Shown here: one piece after another, positions 16,386 to 29,400 of the stretch
Numbering within the stretch: position 1 is the first letter of the stretch
How the letters are laid out: every line of letters begins with the position of its first letter
Assembly (NCBI GenBank): GCA_020137815.1
Contig: CM035355.1
Span: 930,001-994,000 of the forward strand
DNA length: 64,000 bases
Direction: 5' to 3'
From: Hormiphora californensis
Lineage: Eukaryota > Animalia > Ctenophora
The notes under the pieces: model-generated
What the model was told of the DNA's origin: nothing
The model's input: the letters and a program-made list of their open reading frames with translations, nothing else
Database searches by the model: none
Translations under genes and position numbers: made by a program

Positions 16386-19300
16386 TCAAAATTGTTCCTC
16401 AACCTGCATCTCCTCTGCCTCATCAGGAACTTCAGGGGCAGCAGCAGCAGAGTTACCAGCTGCAGAGTTACCAGCCTCAGGGGTGACACGGGCCGTTGTG
16501 TTGAGCATTATACGCCTTGAACTCATCTGAGATCTCAGGGATCTCCTGCTCTTTCGTTCCTGAAACAAGGGGGTTTCAGTCGGCAATGGTAGTGCAGAGA
16601 AGTCACTGAACTGGCAAGCGCAAAGATGACCAGTATAATGATAAAGGGTTTAACAAGTATATGTCTAGTTTGTAGGTTTACCTTGATCCCTGATTTGGTA
16701 AATTTGATGATGACTGTTACAAAGCCTGCCATCCACACCACCACTAGTATTATGTGGAGTACAAACAGTGTGTAGTCAAAGGCTGTAGTGTCCTGAGATA
16801 TTAGTTATCAGCAGATATAGTGATTTGTAACCTAGCGGTGCTAATCCGATCATAACCAGGGCCCAGCCGGACAAGAAATCAAGTTAGTTTACAATTTTTC
16901 AGTTGTTTTCCATGGGTGGTACATCTAGTATTTACCTACTACCTGTACCCTAGAATATTCAGGAAATACACGGTCGCTTGTAGTGGGAAAACGGTAATGG
17001 AAAACGAAGATACAGTAAGACGACGCGCAACCGTGACCAATCAGGGCGCTAGTACGTGCTGACACATGAACTTTTTGCTGCGCGTTATGCACCGTGCGCG
17101 TCTCCTTACTGTATTTTGCGTTACCGTATTTTGACTGCAAGCAGCACTGATACTAACCATTCCAGTCTCACTATCAGTATCAACTAACTCAGTAACCAGT
17201 GCCAGGGCCTGAGTGAGTGTGAGAAGTAGTGTTGCAACTATTTCAAAGATGTTACACCAGTTCGCCAGGGCAGGTAGTCGTCCCTCTACTATAGTTGCTT
17301 TTCTGGGGGTGTGCGTTTATTTAGGGGAAGGTAGAGACTAATCGGGTCTTTTGTATTTGCAATTGTTTTCTATTGGCACAATTCGGGCACGATTCTCTTT
17401 GAGTTTGCAGATTTTTATGAATTACAGGAGAATGTTCTTGGTTAAGAACTGGTTTCAGATTATTGACATTTATATTTCAGATTCGGGGCCTGGCAAGGCC
17501 CCCCGACCCGAATATAACCCAAACTCAACCCATCCCCCCTAAAACATCCCCCCTAAAACTAAAACAACGGGGCCGAGCCGACAGGCCCTTAATACCAGAT
17601 GAAAAAAAAACCATAAACCATAAACCATTCGGGGCCTGGCAAGGCCCCCCGACCCGAATATAACCCAAACTCAACCCATCCCCCCTAAAACATCCCCCCT
17701 AAAACTAAAACAACGGGGCCGAGCCGACAGGCCCTTAATACCAGATGAAAAAAAACCATAAACCATAAACCATAACCATAGACATTTTTAGAGTGAAAGT
17801 TTTGAAGCCCCCTGAAGTAGTAGAGAGGTGTTCTATGGCTCGTTGGAAAGGTCTCGAGGTCCCGCGACGTATAGGGGGTGTGGCGATGGCCATACCCAAA
17901 CCTATAAGGGGTAGGACGCGAAAAATAGTCAAAATAAGGGGTATACAGAACTCGGCAATTCAAAGGAGTAGAAAGGTTTTCTAGGGTGCGTTCGAAAGCT
18001 CTCGATCGACCTCGAGGTGCTGAAGTAATTGGAATGTAATTGGAAGTAATTAAATGTAATTAAAATGTAATTACATGTAATTAAAGGGTAATAACATGTA
18101 ATTAAAAGGTCTAAATGACCCCAAATGACAATTCAGACATATTTTGACATATTTGGAGGCCCTGAGACCAGCGGGTGGCAAAATTTAATCCGGTTTCGGG
18201 TCGGCTGACGTAAAAACTCCGCGTTTTGGTCGAGGTAAAACCATAAAACCATAAAACCATAACCATAGATATTTTTAGAGTGAAAGTTTTGAAGCCCCCT
18301 GAAGTAGTAGAGAGGTGTTCTATGGCTCGTTGGAAGGGTCTCGAGGTCCTGCGACGTATAGGGGGTGTGGCGATGGCCATACCCAAACCTATAAGGGGTA
18401 GGACGCGAAAAAACAGTCAAAATAAGGGGTATACAGAACTCGGCAATTAGAAGGAGTAGAAAGGTGTTCTAGGGTGCGTTCGAAAGCTCTCGAGGTGCTG
18501 AAGTAATTGGAATGTAATTGGAAGTAATTACATGTAATTAAAATGTAATTACATGTAATTATAGGGTAATTACACGTAATTAAAAGGTCTAAATGACCCC
18601 AAATGACAATTCAGACATAGGTTGACGTATTTGGAGGCCCTGAAACCAGCGGGTGGCAAAATTTAATCCGGTTTCGGGTCGGCTGACGTAAAAACTCCGC
18701 GTTTTGGTCGAGGTTAAACCATAACCATAACCATAGATATTTTTAGAGTGAAAGTTTTGAAGCCCCCTGAAGTAGTAGAGAGGTGTTCTATGGCTCGTTG
18801 GAAAGGTCTTGAGGTCCCGCGACGTATAGGGGGTGTGGCGATGGCCATACCCAAACATATAAGGGGTAGGACGCGAAAAACAGTCAAAATAAGGGGTATA
18901 CAGAACTCGGCAATTAGAAGGAGTAGAAAGGTGTTCTAGGGTGCGTTCGAAAGCTCTCGAGGTGCTGAAGTAATTGGAATGTAATTGGAAGTAATAACAT
19001 GTAATTAAAATGTAATTACATGTAATTAAAGGGTAATTAAATGTAATTAAAAGGTCTAATTGACCCCAAATGACAATTCAGACATATTTTGACATATTTG
19101 GAGGCCCTGAGACCAGCGGGTGGCAAAATTTAATCCGGTTTCGGGTCGGCTGACGTAAAAACTCCGCGTTTTGGTCGAGGTATATTATCAACATTTATTC
19201 ATTCACATAACAGGATCTTGAACCCCTTTCATTTTACTCATCACAAATCACAGATCATGAGCACCAGAAACATGTGACCGCGGGAACGCGCCATTTTCCC

Positions 19301-22254
19301 AGGCGAATCTGCGCGCACAGATCAGCCCCGCAGTCACCGCGCCCTCCACACTCGTTCTGTCCCACACACAATACAAAACCCAGATCGAACAAGACAAACA
19401 AAGAAATTGGAAACATGGTCTAATTAGTGGGAGTGTGTATAACGGATATAAGAGCTTACTGTTTACGTGCCAAAGCTTCATGTAAAGTTCTGTATGAGGT
19501 TAAAAGATTTCAATGGGTTCTCTCTCTCTCCCCCACACCGGGCTAATGACACCCAGAATTCGAAGAGTAATTGTACACCAACCCCCTAGTGTGCAAACTG
19601 TGTATTGTTGTTAAGAGTCACCACTAGTATACAATGTACAGTACTAGTATTCTCATAACCCCATCTTGTCACCTATGTTCACTCACATGTATGGCTGTCT
19701 GATTATGATGAAAAACAACCAGATAATCGACATGGCAGTAATAACTCCTGCACTGTACAGTGGCTCCAGAAACGTTACCTGCAGGGATAGAGTTTAGTGG
19801 TTACCATGGTAACCCGGCTATTGGTTACCATAAAACCCCATATCAATCTGGGCACCGGCTATTGGTTACCATAGTTACCTGAGTTAACAAGATCATAATG
19901 AACTTCCTGAGCAGCAGGACGGGTTCACAAAACATTCCCTTGGAATTAAATGATTCATAGAGGCCCCTGCAGGGAGAGGGAGATAATACATTTTCAGATG
20001 ACAGGAGGTGTTTAGTAAATAAATAACTGCACAGTACTCTGTGAATTAATTCACTTAGTTTAATTACCCGAACATGTCACTCTGTTTATCCTCAAGGTCA
20101 AATCTCCAGATCCTGAAGATTAGGAGAAGAAGAAAGACGATAACTCCAAATATTACCACACACAAGATCGTTGCAAGAAACGCCAGCCCCTGAAAATATA
20201 TGAAATGTTAAATTGGACAATGGGGTCTAAATACAAGGGCAAGTACATTTCATATGGTAAAATTGTGTTCGGTGATCTTGCGTCATATGTTGTGGAGTGA
20301 TGTGACAAAACTGCAAAGGGTAACATGTGTTTTCTACCTGGAAATCGTATTCGTAGCAGTTAACACTGTTATCATAAAACCACTGGTTATCAATAATCTT
20401 GGAGATGTCCTCATTGTACTTTACAGTTACTGTCTGGAAGATATTAAATGAAATTGACAGAGAATAAGGATCGGTTTATTAGCCGCATAATGAAGAAGCT
20501 TAGATTTCTCCTTCCGGCTGGACAAAATGATAGACGGGGTTTTTATTGTCTAGAAGAAGCTACAAGCAAGAATCCACACGGCACATACAACCCCCACACA
20601 ACCCTCTCAACTACTAAACAAGAATCCACACAGCACATACAACCCCCACACAACCCCCTCTACAAGCAAGAATCCACACGGCACATACAACCCCCACACA
20701 ACCCCCTCTACTACTAAACAAGAATCCACACGGCACATACAACCCCCACACAACCCCCTCTACTACTAAACAAGAATCCACACGGCACATACAACCCCCA
20801 CACAACCCCCTCTACTACTAAACAAGAATCCACACGGCACATAAAACCCCCACACAACCCCCTCTACTACTAAACAAGAATCCACACAGCACATACAACC
20901 CCCACACAACCCCCTCTACTACTAAACAAGAATCCACACGGCACATACAACCCCCACACAACCCCCTCTACTACAAGCAAGAATCCACACGGCACATACA
21001 ACCCCCACACGACCCCATCTACTACTAAATCCCATTATCCAAGGAAGAAGCTACAAGCAAGAATCCCAACGTACCGTCATAGAGACCCAATCATCGCAGG
21101 AGTAGAATCTAACTGAAAGGGCCCCAACTGGAACAAACGCTATTAGCATGAACATAGTCCAGATTCTCCTCATACCTGTCTGCTTAGACCTAAATGATAA
21201 CAGTTAATTATCATAGTTAATTATAGTTAATTACAGTTAATTAATAGTGCAGCGGGCAGGTAACTACATATTGTATCCAACCTGAGGTGAAGAGATTCAG
21301 CAGTCCTCATATCTTGATCTTCTTCAGCCCCATGATTCTTCTCCAGTGTCCGGATCTTCTCCGACTAAAATATTGGAGTTAGAAAACAACCTTTTTATGA
21401 CTGATTTTAGCCGGAGTTACAGAGATTTCCGAATTCCCGAAGGTGCCCCAACCTACCAATCCCTTGTCAACAGCCAGGACTACAATAGTTGTGATGATCG
21501 GCCATATGGAGGCAGTGGCCCAGTGGATATAGAACAAGGTCAGGGGGGAGAGGTCAGTCAAACACTCTGGAAAGGGGTTATTAGAGGGACTATTATATAT
21601 ATATGGTGAGTACAAGGTAGTACTATTAGCGGGACGAGTGTGGGATAATGTTATCAGATTGTTTTCAGGGACACTAGGATATCATAATGTTTGACTCCAC
21701 AAAATAATCTGCGGAAATAAAAGGAAGGGATAGTTACCATGGTTACCATGGTTACCACTACTTACCAAGATCAAAGGACTGTGTATTCATCATGGATAGC
21801 TTGTATACATCACTTAGTTCTGAGAGGTAGGTCCCCCAGGCCGCTCTAATTCCCAGAGTCAGGTAGAACATCTGAAGAGAGAGAGGGACAAGGTGAACAT
21901 TGTATTCATAATACAGTCGGACCCCGATTTAGGGACACCCTCGGGGGAAAGGCTCTTTACTTGTCCACTAAATCGGGGTGTCCACTAAATCGGGGTCAAA
22001 TAAGGTTAATTTCCTATATCGGGGGAAAAAAATCCTGTCCCTAAATCGGGGTGCCACTAAATCGGGGGCCCTAAATCGGTAAAATAATTATGATTGAGTT
22101 TTAGTTTGTGTATGAAAAATAACTTTCGTGATTGTCTTGGCAGTTAATCTTTGTCTGTGAAATTTCTCTATTGGTTTGGAAGTAAAATCTGCCCCATCGT
22201 GCTTGCTATGTTGTTCACAAGCAGCATTGTTCTCTCTCTCTCTCTCTCTCTCCC

Positions 22255-22344
<90 letters not shown>

Positions 22345-25300
22345 CGGCATCTTTCTTGTATGAAGATAATGTACAACGTACTTGCTAACACGATACAGCT
22401 ACAGAGGCTATAAAGAGTTAAAAGAAGCCATCTTAATCAATAAAGGGACCCGAGGGTTGCCATAAATTGTACATAGGTAAGTACACAATATTTGTTAAAT
22501 TTTTATGAGCAGTACATGTGTTGGGAGCAAGGGTCACCACACACCGAAGTTAAAATTAAAATTTTGATTTTAAACCCGCACACATCTCTCTCCCCATTCT
22601 AAAAGTAACAATCTCACACGCGATTTTAACGGCGTGTTAAAATTTTGTCATCCAACGCGACCGTCAAAATCGTGCGTGAGATTGTTACTTTTAGAATGGG
22701 GAGAGAAATTTTAACGGCCGCTGGTGTGTGCGGATTTAAAATCAAAATTTTAATTTTAACTTTAACTTTGGTGTGTGGTGACCCTTGCAATACAAAACTC
22801 ACCTGGAGGTATGACATGAGTTGTTTGATCATGGTAGCAGCTAGAGGGTTTAGTCCAGTCAGGAAAATACCGTATCCAATAATCACCGTGACAATAATTA
22901 GTAGGGCCAGGGCTGCAATTGGAACCTGAAATATTAATATATTGTTGGTAAAAATACAACTACTGCATCAAACAGTAATACAAGGAGGGAGGTAACGTTA
23001 ACTTAGAAGAGATTACACAATATGAACCCGTAGTCACCATCATTGCAACTACCTTTGAATCCAGACACTCCCTACATTAGTAACTACCTTTGAATCAAGA
23101 CACTCCCTACATTTGCAACTACCTTTGAATCCAGACACTCCCTACGTTTGCAACTACCTTTGAATCCAGACACTCCCTACATTTGTAACTACCTTTGAAT
23201 CCAGACACTCCCTACACTTGCAACTACCTTTGAATCCAGACACTCCCTACATTTGTAACTACCTTTGAATCCAGACACTCCCTACACTTGCAACTACCTT
23301 TGAATCCAGACACTCCCTACATTTGCAACTACCTTTGAATCCAGACACTCCCTACATTTGCAACTACCTTTGAATCCAGGCACTCCCTACACTTGCAACT
23401 ACCTTTGAATCCAGACACTCCCTACACTTGCAACTACCTTTGAATCCAGACACTCCCTGCACTTGCAACTACCTTTGAATCCAGACACTCCCTACATTTG
23501 CAACTACCTTTGAATCCAGACACTCCCTACATTTGTAACTACCTTTGAATCCAGACACTCCCTACACTTGCAACTACCTTTGAATCCAGACACTCCCTAC
23601 ACTTGCAACTACCTTTGAATCCAGACACTCCCTGCACTTGTAACTACCTTTGAATCCAGACACTCCCTACACTTGCAACTACCTTTGAATCCAGACACTC
23701 CCTACACTTGCAACTACCTTTGAATCCAGGCACTCCCTACATTTGCAACTACCTTTGAATCCAGGCACTCCCTACATTTGCAACTACCTTTGAATCCAGA
23801 CACTCCCTACATTTGCAACTACCTTTGAATCCAGACACTCCCTGCACTTGCAACTACCTTTGAATCCAGACACTCCCTACACTTGTAACTACCTTTGAAT
23901 CCAGACACTCCCTACGTTTGCAACTATCTTTGAATCCAGACACTACCTACATTTGCAACTACCTTTGAATCCAGACACTCCCTGCACTTGCCCCCTGCCA
24001 TCCTGTACCCATCACTACACTTCTCGCAGGTAGGTCCCTCTGAGCCCTCCTCGCAGCTCCCATCCTTGCAGTTCTCAGGAAACATGCAATTGACACAGCC
24101 ATCTGTCGCGTAGGAACAATCGTAACTGTAATCGTCCCCATCATCTAGCCAGAAACTAAACCTGACCCATTTGTTAGCCATCTTCCCACTATCACATGTT
24201 ACACCTAGTGGGAATCGGGTGTTACATGGTGTTGTGAGGTAGAGGGGATAAATAGGGAGGTTTTCAAACTTTGTGTGTGAGAGTGTGTGAGAGTTTGAAC
24301 AAGTTTGGAACGTTACGACTGGCAAATCATCTACTCACAGGAGATTTCTGAGTTGTTCAGAGTCACATATTCTCCAGCGTTACTACAGAAACATTCAGAA
24401 ATATTGTTGTGATCGGACGCGTCATTTGTCAAACTGAAACACAATAAAACCAAGTTAAGCGAACGGTAGGGTGATTGAAGCAAATAGGGTCAGGCAATTG
24501 CCTGACAGGGTTCACATGATGTGGTGGGGGTGACAGAACGATGAAGACATAAAAAACGGTAGGGCCAAGAGAGTAAGTATCTAGTTATAATGAAAATATC
24601 ACTGCATACTGAGTAAAGGGGTAATTTACCTGTCACATAGAAACATGTTGCACTTCAGATCGGCCTCACCCACTCCTATCAGAGTATCAGGGTAACTTCC
24701 GGATATGTAGTTGTCGCTCAAATCAAGGCCACCAGTCCAACTCGATTTAATACTAACAAGTGATCCCTCTATCATGTTATTTGACATTTGAAGGGTCGTC
24801 AGGGCATTAAAGTTTGTATCTGATAGGTCAACTGTCGTTATATTTCCACTAAACTTATTACCGTTGAGGTTCAGGTCCACGAGCCCAGATTGATTCTGAA
24901 TCCGACCAAAGAACGTGCTGATATCCTCAGAGAGAGAGTTATTTGTGAGGTATAGAGTTTGGAGAGAATCGGGGAAATTCCCAGTTAGTGCCTTTATACT
25001 GTTGTAGGAGAAATCCACCTTCGTCAACATAGTCACATTCTCCAAACTTGGAAAAGAGCTAATACTATTCTCAGGTAAAACCAGTTTTTCAAGCTCCGAA
25101 AGTGCATCAATCCCATCTGGTACATCACCAGTTAAAGCCATATTTGTGAGACTAAGCTCTTTCAATCGGTAGCCATCGCTCCAAGTCAGGCCCTCCCCAT
25201 TTGCCATGCCGTTACGAAGTGTTTCAGCATTAGTACTGTTAGCTTCAGAAACACCTGAGAGTCCCCAACTATCCTCCACTGACCAGTTATCGCCATCAAG

Positions 25301-25457
25301 TGCATTGTAAAAATCGATGAGATCTGGGTGGGAGAACTAAAGTAAGCTTAAAATAGCCCAAAATAGGTCACAACTTACAATTTATTTCTGCGATGTTCAC
25401 CTCACCCCATGATACAGAGCATAGCAATGAGAGAACAACAAAAAACTGTCCTGTCAT
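16386..25457 (-). CDS. Multi-exon receptor-like protein: signal peptide, plant-type LRRs, Cys-rich linker, multi-pass TM domain (non-rhodopsin, TRP/PKD2-C-like)
   Basis: Signal peptide MTGQFFVVLSLLCSVSWG; cap LIDFYNALDGDNW; LRRs LNLNGNKFSGNI and LDLSDNYISGSYP; Cys-rich CEEGSEGPTCEKCSDGY...CREC. TM exons read IKQLMSYLQ, FYDNSVNCYE, GLYESF...EPVLLLRKFIMILL, IIRQPY, CNIFEIV and LHIILVVVW. The final exon ends EEQF* at 16386. The exon chain is unresolved at ~21300-21700. Confidence 0.8.
16969..17149. mobile_element. Second copy of the ~180-bp MITE
   Basis: Reverse-complement similarity to 4274-4455. Confidence 0.7.
17481..19181. repeat. Complex intronic repeat: 2 x ~146 bp followed by 3 x ~475 bp tandem units
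   Basis: attcggggcctggcaagg... occurs twice. The unit aaccatag...gaagccccctgaagtag...(gtaatta)n...ttggtcgaggt then occurs three times. Probably a transposon-derived tandem array. Confidence 0.85.
20563..21030. repeat. 52-bp minisatellite (~9 units)
   Basis: Unit acaagaatccacacggcacatacaacccccacacaaccccctctactactaa, bracketed by the direct repeat gaagaagctacaagcaagaatcc. Confidence 0.92.
21914..22079. mobile_element. Tc1/mariner(pogo)-like MITE fragment
   Basis: TA-CAGTCGGACCCCGATTTAG start, with repeated inverted subterminal motifs ctaaatcgggg. The right end is incomplete. Confidence 0.6.
22528..22788. mobile_element. Fold-back MITE
   Basis: The ends gcaagggtcaccacacacc / ggtgtgtggtgacccttgc and the internal arms ctccccattctaaaagtaacaatctcac / gtgagattgttacttttagaatggggag are inverted repeats. 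Confidence 0.8.
23043..23990 (-). repeat. 35-bp minisatellite made of an exon end plus 5' splice site (~27 units)
   Basis: The minus-strand unit gcaagtgtagggagtgtctggattcaaag|gtagtt is the last codons (KCRECLDSK) of the preceding exon plus its GT donor. Confidence 0.92.
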
Positions 25458-26034
25458 GTCTTGGAGGGGTAGAAACGTCACAAAACAGCGGCTTTTTTCA
25501 AACTTTTTGCAGTTTTACAAAAAATTTTGAAATTTTGAAATAACTTTTCAAAGCAGTCTTGCACAAAAAGTGCGCTGCTGCGCGCAGCGTTCTCTGTAGC
25601 GCGCGAAAAAATGAAAGATTGCCGCGCGGTCGCGATAAATAAAAAAAGACTCAAGTTTCTGTTTCGACTTTTTTTCCAACTTTTCAGTTTTTTGGTTTGA
25701 AAAGCGCTGCCTTATCCCGCGGGGGCCAGCAACGTTTGCCAATGAAAAGCGCTGCCAACAGCGTTTGCCAAGTCGCTTGATTCATTTGATCGGCTTCGTT
25801 TATCTCTAATTTCCACTAAAGTCCTTTTTTTCTTCAGCTGTTCACCCAAAAACTGAAATTTCATGAAATTTAGAATTTTTGTGCGTGCTAAACGTATTCC
25901 ACGCACGACTTTGGGGGGGGGGGTGAACAGTTCAAAAAAATGGAGTATAGATACTTACTTCCACTAGGCATTAAACACTCATCTTTGAGGGCATGTTTTT
26001 GTAGCCTCCTGATTTAACTCCACCTTCAGGAAGA

Positions 26035-26238
26035 ATGGCTGAAAAGGAGCAGGTCCTGCCCGAATACATCCCAACTAAGGGAGTTCTCTACTTTGAGGAG
26101 TCCAGTCAGATGGTACTTTGTAAACCCAGGATTATGCCACTGAAAAGTGCAACCCTTGAGAGAATGGAGCAGATACAAAAAGAGGCTGCTGACGCTGTAA
26201 AAGATCAGATGAAAAATGATAGCCAACAAACTTTTTAG
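26035..26238 (+). CDS. BBIP1: BBSome-interacting protein 1
   Basis: 67 aa. EYIPTKGVLYFEESSQMVLCKPRIMPLKSATLERMEQIQ matches the BBIP1 motif [35 protein letters not shown]. Confidence 0.9.
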   Translation: MAEKEQVLPEYIPTKGVLYFEESSQMVLCKPRIMPLKSATLERMEQIQKEAADAVKDQMKNDSQQTF

Positions 26239-26401
26239 ATTAGAACTAATATCAGAGATGTTGTATATTTTTGTGTATAGTTAATCACCTGCAACTTTAT
26301 TTGTGAATAACATAACTCTCCTGTTTTAATGGACTCTATTTAAGTTGGCGATTACCCTCCACAATCTCTCTGTGAATCTAGTGAGACAGACCAATGTCCG
26401 A

Positions 26402-29400
26402 ATGTCCTCTGTCATTTCCAACATTCTTTACACCCCGCTGACATTCTCACGACATATTTCACAGACAATGGTTAACAGCCTCTTCAAGGCGCTGTCCCTG
26501 ACAAACAATGATGACAGTACCGACACAACGACAGACATCACTACGACAGACAACACTACGACAGACAACACATCTGAAGATGAAGAAGAGAAAGATCCCC
26601 GGGATAAAATTGTGGAAAAACCGAAGGATTCAGAGCAGGAATTCAGGGTGTTTACACTGAAGAACGGTTTGAGGTGTTTGCTGGTGTCAGATGGTGATGG
26701 GGAGAGCAGTAAAAACTCCATGGTTCAGGCCCATAAAGACATTGATTCAACTGACACGGGAGCAGCCTGTCTGTCAGTGGGAGTGGGCAGTGTGCACAAT
26801 CCCCGACACGCACAAGGTGAGTTACCAGCTTCATGGGAGTATTGTGTCTACATTGTTTTGAGTACCTGTCTCTGTAAGTTAAACTTCACTGTTTGCATTG
26901 TTCCTGATTACCCTGTCTGTTATTGTCCTCCATGCCTGTATCTGTCTTAGCTTCCTCATTATCAGTAACGGTATCTTCACTTCCCGGCCGTATTAAACTG
27001 CAAACTCACCCCCCCCCCCCTCAGGATTGGCCCATTTCCTGGAACATATGATGTGTATGGGATGTAAAAAGTACCCCGGAGAAAACGAGTTTGATGAGTT
27101 TATCGACGAACACGGGGGTAGTTCAAATGCTGCTACTGACTTTGAAATTGTAAGTTTCACGTGATGTTTATTGTTCATGCCCAAATATGGTATTGAAAAC
27201 CATGTGATACCCATATATGGTATGAACTACGTGACAATTCTTCAGACTCAGTACATGTTTGACATATCAGTAGAGTATATCGAGGAGGGACTGGATCGAT
27301 TAGCTCATCAGTTTATACATCCCCTACTTCGAAAGAGTAGTGTAAATCGGGAGGTAAGTGCTGAACTAATTTATTGTTGTTCATGTATAATGAAATTTCT
27401 AAATGATTTAAATAATTAATAATTACTACATATTTGTCTCGCTCGACCCTGTTTCACTGCATCTCACAGAGTCTGAATATTAAAAAGGCTTTGAACAAAA
27501 CAATAAAACACCACAGGTAAACAATTAATCACCTCCCAGGTGAATGCAGTGGATAGCGAGTTTATGATGGGACTGCAGAAGGACAGTGAGAGGTTGGAAG
27601 CTATTAATGTCTCTCTCATCCAGTCTGACCATCCTTGTTGTATATTCGCTGCAGGAAACAAGAAATCCCTCCTAAAGGTATTAATTGATCAAATCGTTGA
27701 TTGTTATCTAATTATCTAATTAATAATTAATAATAATTGCTTGTGTTTTATACAGGACACAAAAAGAGCGGGTATTGACATTCTCTCAGAGCTGCGTAAG
27801 TTTTACGATCAGTACTACTCGTCCAACCTCATGACGCTGTGTGTCCAGAGCACCCTGTCCCTTGACGCGATGGAGAAGATGGTGGGGGTGTTTGAGAAGA
27901 TACCCAACAAGTCCATACCCCGGCCCACACTGGAGACACTTCCCAGACCAGTTAACAAGTGCAACTTCCTCAAGTATGATGGGGAGAGTTGTTATTCAAT
28001 AACATTGAAATGTGGATAATAGTAATAATTATGCACTGAACTGCTGTAGACATCACCCACTCACTTCATACACACACAACACCCACACACATGACCAAGC
28101 CTGTACGACAGGTTATTGATCACCGGCTGTATTACAGCACGAGAGAGCCGTCACTAGTATCGTGCAGTGATCCGAAGATCATGATAACAATTAATATGAC
28201 GTGATCAACTGCTATAGCCCAACTGTTCATTTTGAGAATTCTGATACAAAGATATTATTTGCCGTACTGATATATGAGGTAACTCAAACCCCCCAGTTTC
28301 ATCTCCTTGTTTAACATGGGAGTTACCAAGGGAATCCACTGGGTTCGATTAATCTAGGCACATACCCACAGTACTATTCGAATTGGCGTATCTTTATATC
28401 AGGAATCTCGGATAGCAACAATCCTTGTGTTTTATTGCTATCTGAACAGATTAGGCGTATAGACAGGGCTCTTATTATCAGCAGTGCTCACGTTTCAAGG
28501 ATAATAGTAATAATTATGCACTGAACTGCTGTAGACATCACCCACTCACTTCATACACACACAACACCCACACACATGACCAAGCCTGTACGACAGGTTA
28601 TTGATCACCGGCTGTATTACAGCACGAGAGAGCCGTCACTAGTATCGTGCAGTGATCCGAAGATCATGATAACAATTAATATGACGTGATCAACTGCTAT
28701 AGCCCAACTGTTCATTTTGAGAATTCTGATACAAAGATATTATTTGCCGTACTGATATATGAGCTAGACCCTGTTTCGAAGGGTTTGAACCAGTAAACAC
28801 AACCTCAGGTATTACCCAGTAAAGGACAAGACCAAGTTGTATGTGAGTTGGTTTGTAGAGCCCATGTTACCCCACTACAAATCTAAACCTGATACATTGG
28901 TTGAGTGGTGTCTAGGACACGAGGGTCCTGGATCACTGCTTAGTAAACTCAAGAAGGAACAACTCGCTACTTCCTTGGATGCAGGTTAGTGTCATGCCCA
29001 TATGTTAGTGAAATATACATGATATACATATGGTTAAGAAACTACAACGACACGTGACGACAGTGTGGTTCGGTACTTGTTGATTTATCCAGGTCACCTT
29101 GTTTTCCTTACACCAACAATCACCGCAATACTAACAACCAGTATTATGTTGTTATAGTCACATGATATATCCATATACATATGCGGCTTCTTATGCAGTC
29201 ACCCTTCTCCAGTGACTGGTGCTTGTTGTTACCATAATATTAGGTTGTCTCAGAAAATATTTCGTGACCCATTTTCTCCAATTAAGCCCGATTCCGATTT
29301 AAAACTTTTCTAGCCTTGAATCTATAAAACAAGCGCACCCTAACGCCTCATATTCCTATATATAGTCACCACCATGGAAATTCCGAATTGTACCGTACCC

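Noticed and set aside
17463-18939. Repeated ORFs in the ~475-bp tandem units
   Set aside because: Frames are not conserved between copies, there is no recognisable domain, and they lie in an intron.
25548-25920. CG-rich gcgcg/aaaa motifs as defined transcription-factor sites (also ~6940-7000, 15600-15665)
   Set aside because: They are plausibly promoter-associated because they lie upstream of genes, but no specific motif can be supported without enrichment analysis.
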